From contig NC_043003.1 of the NCBI RefSeq assembly GCF_006345805.1, forward strand, positions 22,444,001-22,508,000: a stretch of DNA of 64,000 nt. The letters run 5' to 3'. This DNA is from Octopus sinensis (lineage: Eukaryota). This document shows positions 48,420 through 60,763 of this stretch, piece by piece (the first letter of the stretch is position 1; every line of letters begins with the position of its first letter). The position numbers and the translations under genes were made by a program. The notes under the pieces were generated by a model. That model was not told the origin of the DNA, did no database searches, and saw nothing but the letters and a program-made list of their open reading frames with translations.

Positions 48420-48720
48420 AGTACTTATGAATTTTTATAAAGTCTGGTTCCTTTTGCCGAGCCGCTATGTTACGGGCACATAGATAACCAACATAGGTTG
48501 TCAAGCGGTGGGAACGGCACACACACACACGCGCACACACACATGTATCGACGACGGGTTTCCACGCAGTTTCGATCGACCTAATTCACTCCCAAAGCAT
48601 TGATCGGTCCGGGGACATGGAAGAAAAAAATTTTTCTAAGGTGCTGTACAGTGGGAACGAACTTGAGACAACGTGGTTACAAAGCGAACTTCATAACCAC
48701 ACGGTCATACTTGCGCCTGA
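48420..48720 (-). mobile_element. Diverged CORE-like SINE family B
   Basis: CCTTTTGCCGA.CCGCTA.GTTACGGG...GGTTGTCAAGCG...CATAACCACACGGTCAT. Confidence 0.7.
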
Positions 48721-48914
48721 AGATATTTTTTAAAACAAAATTGCAATTATTCAAGAGTGAAAAAAAATCTTAATTACGTCTTGTCTGTAATCTGCAGATT
48801 TACTTGTTAGCCTACGGTTCTAATTTGTCTGTCTATGATTTGAATCGAGAATTTTACCTTGACGACCAGAGAGTTATAATAGTATTTATTATTAATATTT
48901 ACATAAGATAGCAA

Positions 48915-50060
48915 GATGGCAGAATTATTAGCACACCGGGCAAAATGCTTACCGGAATTTCTTACGTTCTGAGTTCAAATTCCGCCGAGGTCGGATTTGC
49001 ACTTCTAGCTTGATAAAATAAGTACCGGTTGAGCACTGGAATAGATATACTCGGCTTACCCCCACCCACCAACCATCTTGCTGACCCCGTGTTAAAATTT
49101 GAAACGATTATTAATAGCTATAATTTTGGCACATGGCAAAGAATTTTGAGGGGAAGGCGAAGCCGATTACATCAACGCCAGTACTTGACTGGTACTTATT
49201 TTATCGACCCCGAAAGGATAGAAAGAAAAATCGACCTCGGAAAAATTTGAACCCAGAATGTAAAGACAGGCGAAGTACTGCTAACCATTATTATTTTCTA
49301 CTCTAGGCACAAGGTACCAAATTTTTGAGGAGGAGGCCAGTCGATTAGATTGACCCCAGTACGCAATTTATCAACCCCGAAAGGATGACAAGTAAAGTCG
49401 ACCTCCGTGGAATTTGAACTCAGAACGTAAAGTCAGACGAAATGCCGTTAAGCATTTCGCCCGGCGTGCTAACGATTCTGCCAACTCTCCGCCTTACTGC
49501 TAAGCATTATTAATAGTTATAATGATAATGAACTTTAGACTGGTTATACAATAGTACATAATATAAATTGCCTAATTTCTAACTGTAAAAGAAAAAGAAA
49601 AAAGGTCTCAGAAACGCAAAGCTTGTGCTATCTAGAGATAGCAGAAACTTTACGGCTTTAAAGCGGCAAACTAGTAGACTCAGACTCGTTAGCACGCCAG
49701 GCAAAGTGCTTAGCGGTATTTCGTCTGCCGCTACGTTCTGAGTTCAAATTCCGCCGAGGTCGACTTTGCCTTTCATCCTTTCGGGGTCGATTAAATAAGT
49801 ACTAGTTACGCACTGGAGTCGATATAATCGACTTAATCCGTTTGTCTGTCCTTGTTCGCCCCCTCTGTGTTTAGCCCCTTGTGGGTAGTAAAGAAATAGG
49901 TATTTCGTCAGTCATTACGTTCTGAGTTCAAACTCTGCCGAGGTCGACTTTGCCTTTCGCCCTTTCGGGGTCAATGAAATAAGTACCAGTTGAAACCAGG
50001 GTTCGATGGACTCTACTAGCCACTTCCCCCAAAATTTCAGGCCTTGTGCCTATAGTAGAA
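48915..50060. mobile_element. Cluster of SINE family A copies (48915-49110 plus, 49115-49500 minus, 49680-50060 plus dimer)
   Basis: Family A motifs; dimer junction AAAGAAATAG|GTATTTCG at ~49899. Confidence 0.88.
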
Positions 50061-50094
50061 ATGATTTATATAGGGCTTTTATTTCTAGTTTTAA

Positions 50095-50450
50095 CCCTTT
50101 GTCTGTCCAAAGCATTTTCATAAGTTTGCCCCAAACGTCCATGCTTGTTTCCAGACTTTTAACCCTTGTTTCATAGATTCTGAGTAATTATAAAGCTTTC
50201 CTGTCATAAGCCCCAAGTTAATCTGATGGTTGAAAAAAACTGGAAATATGTATCATATATAATGTATGGACACTCATGAAATATATCATGTGCATTACAG
50301 GACAGGCAAAGCTTTAAGCAAATTACAGGTATATCTCTCCTTGGCATTACTGCTAGTCTATGAAAGATAACTTTCCCAGCAGGAGTTATTGAACTTAGTA
50401 TTGCAAATAAAAAAACACAGAATTTGTCGAGTGCAGTCACTCCTTAGAGC
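50095..50450 (-). mobile_element. Possible decayed L1/Tx1-like LINE 3' region (shorter copy at 28190-28330)
   Basis: Minus ORF ..CLKLCLSCNAHDIFHECPYI resembles a C..C....H.F..CP knuckle. TGTCCAAAGCATTTTCATAA is shared with 28196. Confidence 0.35.
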
Positions 50451-51119
50451 ACTGAATTGTACGAGGGTACCCTGGTACATGGTTGATTGATTAGCTATAA
50501 ATAACAGCCTCATCTCTCTGTTTCAAATCATACTCTAGCACAAGTATGGGTAATCCTGTCGGAGAAGCGGGTGGGATTAGACATAGTTCATTATCAGGAG
50601 AGCCACACTCCTAAAAAAATTTTAAGGTAATTAAAGTACCAGTAGAAACCTCCCCAAAATTTCAGGACTTGTGCCTATAGTAGAAAGGATATATATATAT
50701 ATATAAAGCAAAGTAAATATATATATATATATATATATAAAGTAAAGTAGATCAATGATACGTTAAATAATATAGATAATATAATATAATATAATATAAT
50801 ATAGATAATATAATATAATAGAATGCGTTAAAGAATACAGATAATATAATATAACAGAACAAAACACTTTCGATAATATAGATAAAATATACTCTTAGAA
50901 ACATAGGGTAATGGCAACTGGAACTGCTTTCGAATCGGGCTTGACCTGGAGATGGTGGGAGTTAAGCAACAACAAAAACACACAGTGGTAATAGCAATAA
51001 ACTTCTGATATATACGCACAGCTAATTGGATTTTGTCGATAGCGAAGTATTTTCCCTGCGGGTTTGGCTGCTTTTGCAGGAAACGCCGCTCTCTCTCCGA
51101 CTCCATTTTCATATAATGT

Positions 51120-51198
51120 ATGTAGTATGTATGTAATATATGCATACATATATGTATATACATACATACATACATACATACATACATACATACATACA

Positions 51199-51229
<31 letters not shown>

Positions 51230-51760
51230 GCATATACATATATGCACATATACATACCTACATATAAATACATACATATATATATACATATACATAAATA
51301 CATACATATAAATACATACATAATGTATATAGATATAATGATATAAATAAGATATAATATATATATATATATGCATATATACATACATATTATATATACC
51401 TATATGAGTACAGGACGTCACAAAACGTAAACAACATGAAATGCGAAGACAAACTTGGGTTTGCAAGCAACAAAACAATTGGAAAACAAGACAAGTAACA
51501 TAAATAACAACCAACACACACATTTCTATACATATACATATTTGTACATATATATATATATATATATATATGTACATTTCGGTATATGTATATATATATT
51601 TACAAAGTTTGGAACAACAGCATTGAATGTCCCGAGGGTATCTATGTATGCATGTATGTATGTATGTATGTATGTATGTATGTATGTATGTATGTATGTA
51701 TGTACGTACGTACGTATGTATGTATGTATGTATGTATGTATGTATGTATGTATGTATAAA
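51120..51760. repeat. (CATA)n, (TA)n and (TATG)n arrays
   Basis: Directly visible. Confidence 0.92.
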
Positions 51761-52083
51761 CAAAAATCGCACTCTCATCTCATAACAACAATACGGCACA
51801 ATTATTTCACCTCAATTGGCCCCGCTCTCTTTAACATTACACCAAAACACATTAAAACAGAAACTGACCCTATAGGGTTCAAGAAGTCTTTGGACAGATT
51901 CCTTCAAGAAATCCCGGATAAACCCCCTACACTGGATATGTCTCTGTAAACAATAACTCTCTACTTGAGTGGGCCATAGTGCCCAAATTCTGACTTGAAA
52001 GACTTCACCAGGTGGTGCTATTAAGTAGACATGGCCTGGGCCAACAATGGCCGAAACCTATCAAAGTATCAAAGTATCAAAGT
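51760..52083 (+). mobile_element. 3' end of a CR1/L2-group LINE
   Basis: TIRHNYFTSIGPALFNITPKHIK...GFKKSLDRFLQEIPDKP.T(fs)GYVSVNNNSLLEW matches the 'GP.LFN.LP..I....FK..LD.FL..IPD.P...GY...NSL..W' terminus. Tail (ATCAAAGT)x3. Confidence 0.78.
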
Positions 52084-52093
52084 GTGTATATAT

Positions 52094-52160
<67 letters not shown>

Positions 52161-52183
52161 TATATATATATATATATATATAG

Positions 52184-52233
<50 letters not shown>

Positions 52234-52346
52234 GTATTTTTAATCGTTTAATCGTTTCGTATTGGAAATCCTGTATTACTAATGGACTCAGGTGAAAACA
52301 CGTTTGCAAACCACCCATTTCACTTTCTATCGTGTAGTTAGCATAC

Positions 52347-52447
52347 GTTGATTAGATAGTAATCATGTCGAAAATGATCGATAGGAATATTGCCAAAATC
52401 AATATCCTCTAAGGGAAGAGGCTGAGTTGGTGCTATCCTTGTTCCAG
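52347..52447 (-). CDS. Candidate internal exon (101 nt, phase 1 to 0), possibly of the minus-strand gene
   Basis: TTTTTTTTTCTCGCC...CTCTGTTCAG| acceptor, AAC|GTATGC donor, open (A)GTRIAPTQPLPLEDIDFGNIPIDHFRHDYYLIN. No domain recognised. Confidence 0.3.
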
Positions 52448-52632
52448 CTGAACAGAGCCAGACTTTTGGCGAGAAAAAAAAATGTTTGAATTTTACTTTA
52501 GATAAGGTGAAATCCATCCGTATCAGTACACGTGAACCTAACACTCGCACACAGATGTACATATGTGTATATGTGTGAGTGGGCTAGATAGATAGAGAAA
52601 AAGAGGAAGAAAGAGTGAGGGAGGGAGAGAGG

Positions 52633-52670
<38 letters not shown>

Positions 52671-52828
52671 AATAGTGAGAGTGAGAGAGTGTGTGTGTGG
52701 CAGAGTGTGTGTGTGGCAGATTGTTTCACAATCACATAGTTTCCTGTTTAGTCCCACTGCTCAGGAAAGTGTCTGCTCTAACTCCGGGCTAATCAGTGAT
52801 CACACAAAAACTGTGGGAAATCTGGCGC

Positions 52829-52885
<57 letters not shown>

Positions 52886-53059
52886 GGTTTTCATATATCC
52901 GGAAAAGAAGCGCACTCTGAAGTATTACAGCAGTAACATACTTTTTTAGGAAGTTAAAAGTTGGCCGGTCACTGAATGACCATTGGTTTCGCATCTGTAA
53001 AGCGCTTAGCATTATAGATGACACGTCACTCTATGGCCAAGCATAACTTTTAACTTCTA

Positions 53060-53062
<3 letters not shown>

Positions 53063-53097
<35 letters not shown>

Positions 53098-53156
53098 TGA
53101 TGATGATGATGATGATGATGATAATAATGATAATAATAATAATAATGATAATAATA

Positions 53157-53187
<31 letters not shown>

Positions 53188-53198
53188 TGATAATAATA

Positions 53199-53229
<31 letters not shown>

Positions 53230-53309
53230 TGATGATAATAATAATGATAATAATAATAATAATAATGATGATAATAATAATAATGATAATGATAATAATA
53301 ATAATAATG

Positions 53310-53340
<31 letters not shown>

Positions 53341-53365
53341 TAATAATAATAATAATGATGATAAT
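53063..53365. repeat. (TAA/TGA)n array
   Basis: Directly visible; a second array lies at 53718-53880. Confidence 0.95.
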
Positions 53366-53717
53366 GAGAAAATGTGGCATCTCAAGGCGGTTACAATACC
53401 AGTGATCGTAGGAGCAGTAGGAATGATCAAGAAGGGAACCGAAAATTATATGAGAATGATCCCTGGCTTACCATCCCTGCAAGAAGTGCAAAAGATTGTC
53501 TTAACTGGTACATCACACGTATTGAGAAGAGCATTGTCGACGTGAGAACTGTTGCTGCTCATGTATTTTAATTTACTTAAAAAAAAAAAAAAAAAAATGA
53601 ACGAACTATTGAGTTTGGTTTAATGGCCTACCAATGTATACTATGAGTTTCTTTGCCCAAGGAGTCGGGAAGACACTCGGCAAGAAATGGAAGCAAATTT
53701 GAAAGAAGAAAAAAAAT
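53366..53717 (+). mobile_element. 5'-truncated R4/Dong-clade retrotransposon, subfamily 1-like
   Basis: EKMWHLKAVTIPVIVGAVGMIKKGTENYMRMIPGLPSLQEVQKIVLTGTSHVLRRALST*. 3' end resembles 30400-30464. Embedded in (TAA)n. Confidence 0.9.
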
Positions 53718-53745
53718 AGTAATGATAATAATAATAATAATAATG

Positions 53746-53789
<44 letters not shown>

Positions 53790-53817
53790 TATGATGATGA
53801 TAATAATAATAATAATA

Positions 53818-53869
<52 letters not shown>

Positions 53870-54185
53870 CAACAATAATATTAGGGAGTATAACTTCAAA
53901 CTTAGAGGGAAAAATTCAATTTAGTATTAAATCAAATTTCCCACAATAAATATATGATATATAAATTATATTAATTATAGCCTTGAAACGTATGTAGTTT
54001 TTTTTTTACTTATTATATATTGTTTATTCATTTCTGTACTTTTTGTGATCTAGTTATATGGTTTTTAAAAAAATATATTTTATTTTTTTATTTATGATTT
54101 GGTTTATGCCATATATTTGGTTTACATCATTGTTTGAATTGCATAATAGTGGTTTTTCTCTAATTTATATATATACATACATCAT

Positions 54186-54228
<43 letters not shown>

Positions 54229-54249
54229 TATATATACATTATATATATA

Positions 54250-54300
54250 CAGGGTAGTCCAAAAGTAGGTTTACAGTTATCCCGTAGGCATTTTAAATTT
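54250..54300 (+). mobile_element. One-ended Tc1/mariner-type TIR
   Basis: TA|CAGGGTAGTCCAAAAGTAGGTTTACAG following a (TA)n tract. Confidence 0.45.
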
Positions 54301-54339
54301 CTTTTAAAACATTTTATTTCATGTTTAACGGCATTTCTC

Positions 54340-55235
54340 CATGCCCGCTATATGCAGAGTTCAAATGTGACTGGGGTTGATTTTGCCTTTCATTCTTTCG
54401 GGGTTGATAAAATAAAGTACCGAGTTTGATGTAATTCATATTGGTTCCAAATTTTGGTACAAGGCCAACAGTTTCGACGGAGGTGTAACTCGATTACATC
54501 ACCCCCTCTCCCAGTGCTCATCTGGTACTTATTTCATCGACACCGCAAGGATGAAAGGCAAATTCAGCGGAATTTGAATTCAAAACATGAAGTCGAACGA
54601 AATACCTATTTCTTTACTACCCACAAGGGACTAAACACAGAGAGGACAAACAAGGACAGACAAACGGATTAAGTCGATTATATCGACCCCAGTGCGTAAT
54701 TGGTACTTATTTAATCGACACCAAAAGGATGAAAGGCAAAGTCGACCTCGGCGGAATTTGAAGTCAGAACGTAACGGCAGACGAAATACGGCTACGCATT
54801 TCGCCCGGTGTGCTAACGATTCTGCCAGCTCGTCGCCTTAAAGTTAAAGTGGACCTCGGCGAAATTTGAACTCAGAACGTAAAGCCAGACGGAAATACCT
54901 ATTTCTTTACTACCCACAAGGGGCTAAACACAGAGAGGACAAACAAGGACAGACAGACAGATTAAGTCGATTATATCGACCCCAGTGCGTAACTGGTACT
55001 TATTTAATCGACCCCGAAAAGATGAAAGGCAAAGTCGACCTCGGCTGAATTTGAACTCAGAACGTAACGACGGGCGAAATACGGCTACGCATTTCGCCCG
55101 GCGTGCTAACGTTTCTGCCAGCTCGTCGCCTTAAAGTTAAAGTGGACCTCGGCGGAATTTGAACTCAGAACGTAAAGCCAGACGGAAATACCGCTAAGCA
55201 TTTTGTCCGGCGTGCTAAAGATTCTTCCAGCTCAC
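54340..55235 (-). mobile_element. SINE family A multimer cluster
   Basis: Repeated units; reverse junctions GAAATAC|CTATTTC at ~54605 and ~54898. A head block (..CAGCTCGTCGCCTTAAAGTTAAAGTGGACCTCGGCG) is duplicated at ~54825 and ~55120. Confidence 0.9.
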
Positions 55236-55614
55236 TGACTTCATATTGAAATTGAAATTAATACAAACCACACTAAAGAATAAGACAAACGAAACTGTAA
55301 AAACAATAAAGAATGAAAAAAAAAAGCAAAAAACAATGAGACAAAGAAGGCTTGAGAGCTGGACATATGCTTGGTTCTTATCTGTACTCATGTCATTCTT
55401 ATATTTCATATTTTGTTGTTATTCTGCCACTGATCAAACACTCACACACATACACACGTGAATGCTCTCACATCCAAATACACAAAGAAACATTCACCTA
55501 CATAAATAAAAACACATATTGTAATTATCACACATTTACTCATGCACAGAAATACACGTTCGCCCGCGATATAGAGGTTTAAAAAAAAACAAAACAGAAC
55601 AACAGGAAATAATG

Positions 55615-55622
55615 TGACGTCA
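55615..55622. promoter_or_regulatory. Palindromic CRE/ATF-type site upstream of the SapA exon
   Basis: TGACGTCA about 430 bp upstream of ATG 56044; motif match only. Confidence 0.25.
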
Positions 55623-55700
55623 TCACTCGTTTCAAGGTGATTTAGCTTTTTGCGATTACACAACCATATGTAGGATACATATGTAAACATACATAGTTAT

Positions 55701-55738
<38 letters not shown>

Positions 55739-55871
55739 TATATAACACTCACACGCACATATTTGTATAGAGGCATATATTCATACATATTAATATGTAT
55801 ACAAACACTGATGCATACCTCTCTTCCTCCTCCTCCACACATATACATACATATATACATACATACACACA

Positions 55872-55919
<48 letters not shown>

Positions 55920-55933
55920 CACACAAATATGGA

Positions 55934-55940
55934 TATAAAA
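55934..55940 (+). promoter_or_regulatory. Candidate TATA box
   Basis: TATAAAA 110 bp upstream of ATG 56044, with an Inr-like TTAGTC at ~55970. Confidence 0.35.
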
Positions 55941-56043
55941 TACGTCTTGTGGGGGTGTTTTTTGAACCATTAGTCGTTGGTCCGGGAATTAGCACAACAA
56001 ATATACGTAAGCATACCTATAGACATACACACGTGAAGAAATC

Positions 56044-56163
56044 ATGTCTAACCTGACATTCGTATTTTGCTTGTCTTTTATGGTTGCATCTGTGGCATGC
56101 CAAAGATGTGACTTGCCTCGAAGTCTCTGGTGTTCTTCTCCTGAAATCGCAAAGAAATGTAAT
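56044..56163 (+). CDS. First coding exon: signal peptide + saposin A-type module (invertebrate GILT/IFI30-like, or prosaposin-like)
   Basis: ATC ATG..., MSNLTFVFCLSFMVASVAC-QRCDLPRSLWCSSPEIAKKCN, then a strong phase-0 donor AAT|GTAAGT. The C..P..(L)WC.S.E.A..C pattern is SapA. Downstream exons not found in the window. Missed by the ORF track (<60 aa). Confidence 0.8.
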
Positions 56164-56289
56164 GTAAGTAGAACAACTAATGTCTTGTGTTTATAAAGCG
56201 TTTTTTCATGTTTATAATTTTCAGATCAGTTCAGAAAAGTTAGTCTCGTACAAAATTTTTTTTGATGTTTCGATTGCACTCTTTACATT

Positions 56290-56870
56290 GTAAGGGCGAG
56301 TTCAATACCCGCTGAGGTCAACATTGCCCTTCCTTTCCCTTCGGGTTCGATAAAATTAAATACCTGTCAAGTACTTGGGTAGATATAATCATCTAAATCT
56401 ACCCCCTCCACGTCTACCAAAATTTGAAACTATGAGACAGTGAGCAGGCAGAATCATTAGCGCGTCGGACAAACCGCTCAGCAGTATTTCTTCTGACTAA
56501 TTACGTTTTGAGTTCAAATCCCGTGAAGGTCAACTATGCCTTTTATCCTTTCAGAGTCGATAAAATAAAGTACCAATGAAGTACTGACGTAGATGTAATC
56601 GACTAATCCCGTCCCCACCCCAGAAAATTGAATTTGTGCCAAAATTTGAAACCATATAAATCAGTGAGAAGGCAGAATTGTTAGAGCGTCGCAAAAAGTA
56701 TTTAGCGGTATTTTTTTTAATGTTTTGTTCTGAGTTCAGATTCCATCTAGGTCAACTTTGCCTTTCTTCCTTTTGGAATCGATAAAAACCAGATACAGTT
56801 AATTAGTATGATCGACGTCATCAACTTTCTCTCTCCCCTCAGAATTGCTGGCCATGTGCCAAAATTATAA
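56290..56870 (+). mobile_element. Three degenerate SINE family A copies
   Basis: Repeated GAGTTCAAAT.CC...GGTCAACT.TGCCTTT.ATCCTTTC.GAGTCGATAAAA motifs. Confidence 0.75.
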
Positions 56871-57439
56871 AGAATCATCATCATCATCATCATGGATTAG
56901 TAGAATTGTCTGAACAGACTTGTTCGGGGTCCAAGCGCTTCTGACTTGTGGAGTTGTCAAACTCTTGTTGCGTATAGGACGGATTTGGCTGTCGATTGAA
57001 TCTACCGTAAAAACTGTTCGTCATCTTCCTTGGACAAGGAAGGACAGGCAGTTTTCTTCTGCCTTGTGTTCAAAAGGGCAAAAATTTGAGAATTCATAAA
57101 GATATCTTAAGAGATAAGGGAATCGTTAGAGCATTTGGAAAATGTTTTGTAGTATATTTTTCTGGTTCTTTACATTCTTTATGCCTTTAACCCTCCAACG
57201 CGGAGTATAGGCCACTTATAGTTGAATTCCATGTCGCATAATTTTTCGCTTCTGTACTTATACTCTGTCATGAATGTCCACCTTTTTCAAGTTCCTTTTG
57301 TGTTGATCTCCGCCACGAGTTCTTAGGCCTACCTCTCCTTCTATATCCATCCGGTTTCCAGTATGTAAAGAATCGAAGGTTCTTTACATACTGCATTCAA
57401 ATCCTTTTGAGGTTGAATTTGTCAACCACGCCGATATAG

Positions 57440-58790
57440 AGGAAGAAAATACATTACTCTAAGACCAACTTGTTTCGAGATACAGTATTTCTAAAGTTAT
57501 TTGCAACTATGTCGGCACTTAGTAGCTTGGAAATATTAAACAGCTGGTGATGAATACTGATGTGACCTCTGTGGACAATTTGCTACACGCTAAAGTCGAC
57601 ATAAATGAACTACAAACGAAGAAAGAAAAACTCGGAAAAGAGGATCCGACGACAACAAAATAAAGATGAAAATACATCAACACAAAACCAAGTTGTTTCG
57701 AAATATCTTTGCATTTCCAATCAGTTATTTGTTGGCAATTTTGAAGCTTGAAAATATTAAATTATGAAAGAAAATACCTTCCCATGAGTCCAACTTATTT
57801 TGAGATATCATATATGCAAGCAATTCGGTGAGCTGGCAGAAACGTTAGCACGCCACGCGAAATGCTTTGCGGTATTTCGTCTGCAGCTACGCTCTGAGTT
57901 CAAATTCCGCCGAGGTCGACTTTGCCTTTTATCCTTTCGGGGTCGATTAAATAAGTACCAGTAACGCACTGGAGTCGATATAATCGACTTAATCCGTTTG
58001 TCTGTCCTTGTTTGTCCTCTCTGTGTTTATCCCCTTCTGGGTAGTAAAAAAATAGGTATTTCGTCTGCCGTTACGTTCTGAGTTCAAATTCCGCCGAGGT
58101 TGACTTTGCCTTTCATCCTTTCGGGGTCGATTAAATAAGTACCAGTAACGCACTGGGGTCGATATAATCGACTGAATCCGTTTGTCTGTCCTTGTTTGTC
58201 CTCTTTGTGTTTAGCCCCTTGTGGGTAGTAAAGAAATAGAAATAGGTATTTCGTCTGCCGTTACGTTCTGAGTTCAAATTCCGCCGAGGTTGACTTAGCC
58301 TTTCATCCTTTTGGGGTCGATAAATTAAGTACCAGTTACACACTGGGGTCGATGCAATCGACTGAATCTGCTTGTCTGTCCTTTCTTGTCCCCTCATGTA
58401 TAGCCCCTTGTGGGCAATAAAGAAATAAGTTATATGTTGCAATGCCGGCAGTTGCAAATTTGAAAATATTAAATTTTTAGAGAGGAAAGTACATTAGCAT
58501 AAGACCAACTTGTTTCAAGATGTTGTTTCCAAATAGATATTTACGGTAATGTTGTCAGTTAGATACTGGAAAACAGTAAACAGTTACGAGAAGACAATGC
58601 ATTTAATATATTACCTACTCGTTTCGAGCTGTATTTCCAAAAAGTTATTTGTAGCAATGTCGACAGTGATATGCTTGACAATATGAAACTATTGAAGAAG
58701 AATATACGTTGCTATAAGACTAACTTGTTTCGCGATATCGCATTTCCATCTAGCTACCCATATTCTCGTAAGATTTAAATAATTGACGAA
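57440..58790. repeat. Old degenerate ~105-110-bp minisatellite interrupted by a SINE trimer
   Basis: AAGACCAACTTGTTTCGAGAT-like landmarks at ~57461, 57685, 57787, 58501, 58612 and 58715. Confidence 0.6.
57826..58428 (+). mobile_element. SINE family A trimer
   Basis: One head plus three ~185-bp bodies; junctions ..AAATAG|GTATTTCG at ~58058 and ~58246. Confidence 0.93.
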
Positions 58791-59284
58791 GAAACGTACA
58801 AGTAGAATGAATGTATGTATATGTATAGTAATTATTACTAGTCCTGTCAGCTGATGTAATCTCGGAAATATTAACTCAATAACAATAGGATTTACAGATA
58901 GACTGTTTACATCGAGATGGTATTAGGATTGCTTCTGACAGGTGTGAGCTTGAAGGGGTTAAATCGATATTGGCCAAAATCGATACTGATTACATCCGAC
59001 AAGCGAGACAGAATTTTGTTGATAACGTGGTAATAACATATATAAAATACTTCATATTGGCCAAATACTCTTCGTCACCACCAGTTCCCTATACCCACGC
59101 CATTGCGCCTATTCTCATCAATTCTTCGGCTATATCATACTATCAACTAACTGATCTTCTACTAAAATAGCAACACGAATTTTTAAGCGAACGTTGCTTT
59201 TTTTGTGTGTTAATCTTAATATCGATTTTTTTTCTAGCCTACTCTCATACCGCATTTCATTTTATTTTTAATTAAAGCGAGGGC

Positions 59285-59730
59285 GTTAAGGCAGTGAGTC
59301 AGTAGAATCGCTAGAACGACAGAAAAAAATACTTAGCGGTTTTTCTTCCTATTTTACGTTCTGAGTTCAATCCCGCCGAGATCGACTTCATAATTTTTCG
59401 GGGTCGATAAAGTAAGAACTGCCCAAGCACTGAGGTTGATATAAACGACTGCTCTCCTCCCCACTAAAACATTTCGGGACTTTCTACGAGAGAAATAGAT
59501 ACTAATTCTATGGTAAAAAGAAATGAATTAAAACGGGAAGTTGGCAGAATCATTAGAGCATGGAAAAATGCTTTCCAGTATTTGTCCTGGCTCTTTACGT
59601 TCCGAGTTCAACTTCTGTCACGTTTAACTTTGTCTTTTACCGCTCTGGGCTCAATATAACAAAGTACCAGTCAAGTACTGAGGTCAGTGGTGTCCACTAA
59701 TCTTCTGACCTCAACATTGCAGCCTTGTAC
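59285..59730 (+). mobile_element. Two degenerate SINE family A copies
   Basis: Head and B-box motifs at ~59290 and ~59535. Confidence 0.7.
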
Positions 59731-60763
59731 CTAGATAAAAAAAACACTTTTAATTAAAGCAATGGAGGCCGTGTGCTGAACGCATAGTCAAAACTAACAA
59801 CGAACAAATCGAGTCTAAAGCTTACCTTCAACCCTTCACCTATGACAGCCCTGTTTCTACATCACAAAATCTCATTCGTATCTCAAAAAAAAAAAAGATA
59901 TGAATTTGCACACACGTAATAATTATTAAATCATTCAACTACTACCATGGTTAAATAATATTCTTAAGGCCGCAATTTACTTACACACAGCATCTTCAGA
60001 GCTTTGTCGCTAATTTAGTTCTTAACCAAATTGAAAACCGTTAACATGTTTGAAGAGGACTGGTCCCTAGTTGCATTTTGGCATAAAAAATTGAGATTTG
60101 GTCCAGTAGAAACATGTTTACATCAAAATTTGTAGCAACGTTATAGGAGATTAAATAACACCTCCAATCAAGTTTAGATCTAAATAACATTTTTATTTTA
60201 AAAGCAAAATATTTTTATTTTAGCTTGAATGATAGAAGAAAGCATGAAGAATTTCATATATTTTGTCCCAGCAACAAAAATTTGTATAAAATAAAGTTGT
60301 GAGGTAAAATATCATGAAAAAAATATAAGGCAATAAATTGGATTTAAGTATAATTAACTTTTTTTTATTTTAAAAACAAATTATATTTTAATTAAATTTA
60401 AATGATAGAGCACAATTAGTGGGATTTCATGGTAACAATCACATGCAATGAAATTTTAAAAGAAAAAAAAGTGATTAGTGTTTGTTTCTCAAATTTGAGG
60501 GTGGTAATATAGTTGTATGCTCTTTTATGAAGATAGTTCTAAGGGGACTTTTTAATATACGTCACCGGCATCGTTGAGGTAAAAAATTATCAATGACACC
60601 ACTAATTTGCAATTAGTTTAATTACGTTATCTGTGTTAAAAATTAAAATATTACTTAGAAATTTATTAAATTTATTATTCAATTTTGAATAAGATAAAAT
60701 CTTAAATTATTAATTGACACATTATTAATTAGCATAATAGCATAGCCTGGGAAAAAATCATGG

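Noticed and set aside
52030-52062. GGCC(AACAAT)GGCC-GAAAC in the LINE 3' UTR resembling hammerhead stem II
   Set aside because: No CUGANGA upstream and no stem I or III; an ordinary LINE 3' stem-loop is more likely.
57826-58428. Regularly spaced repeats (also 63495-64000, 25395-25905) resembling CRISPR arrays
   Set aside because: Eukaryotic context, whole units repeat with no unique spacers, and no cas genes.
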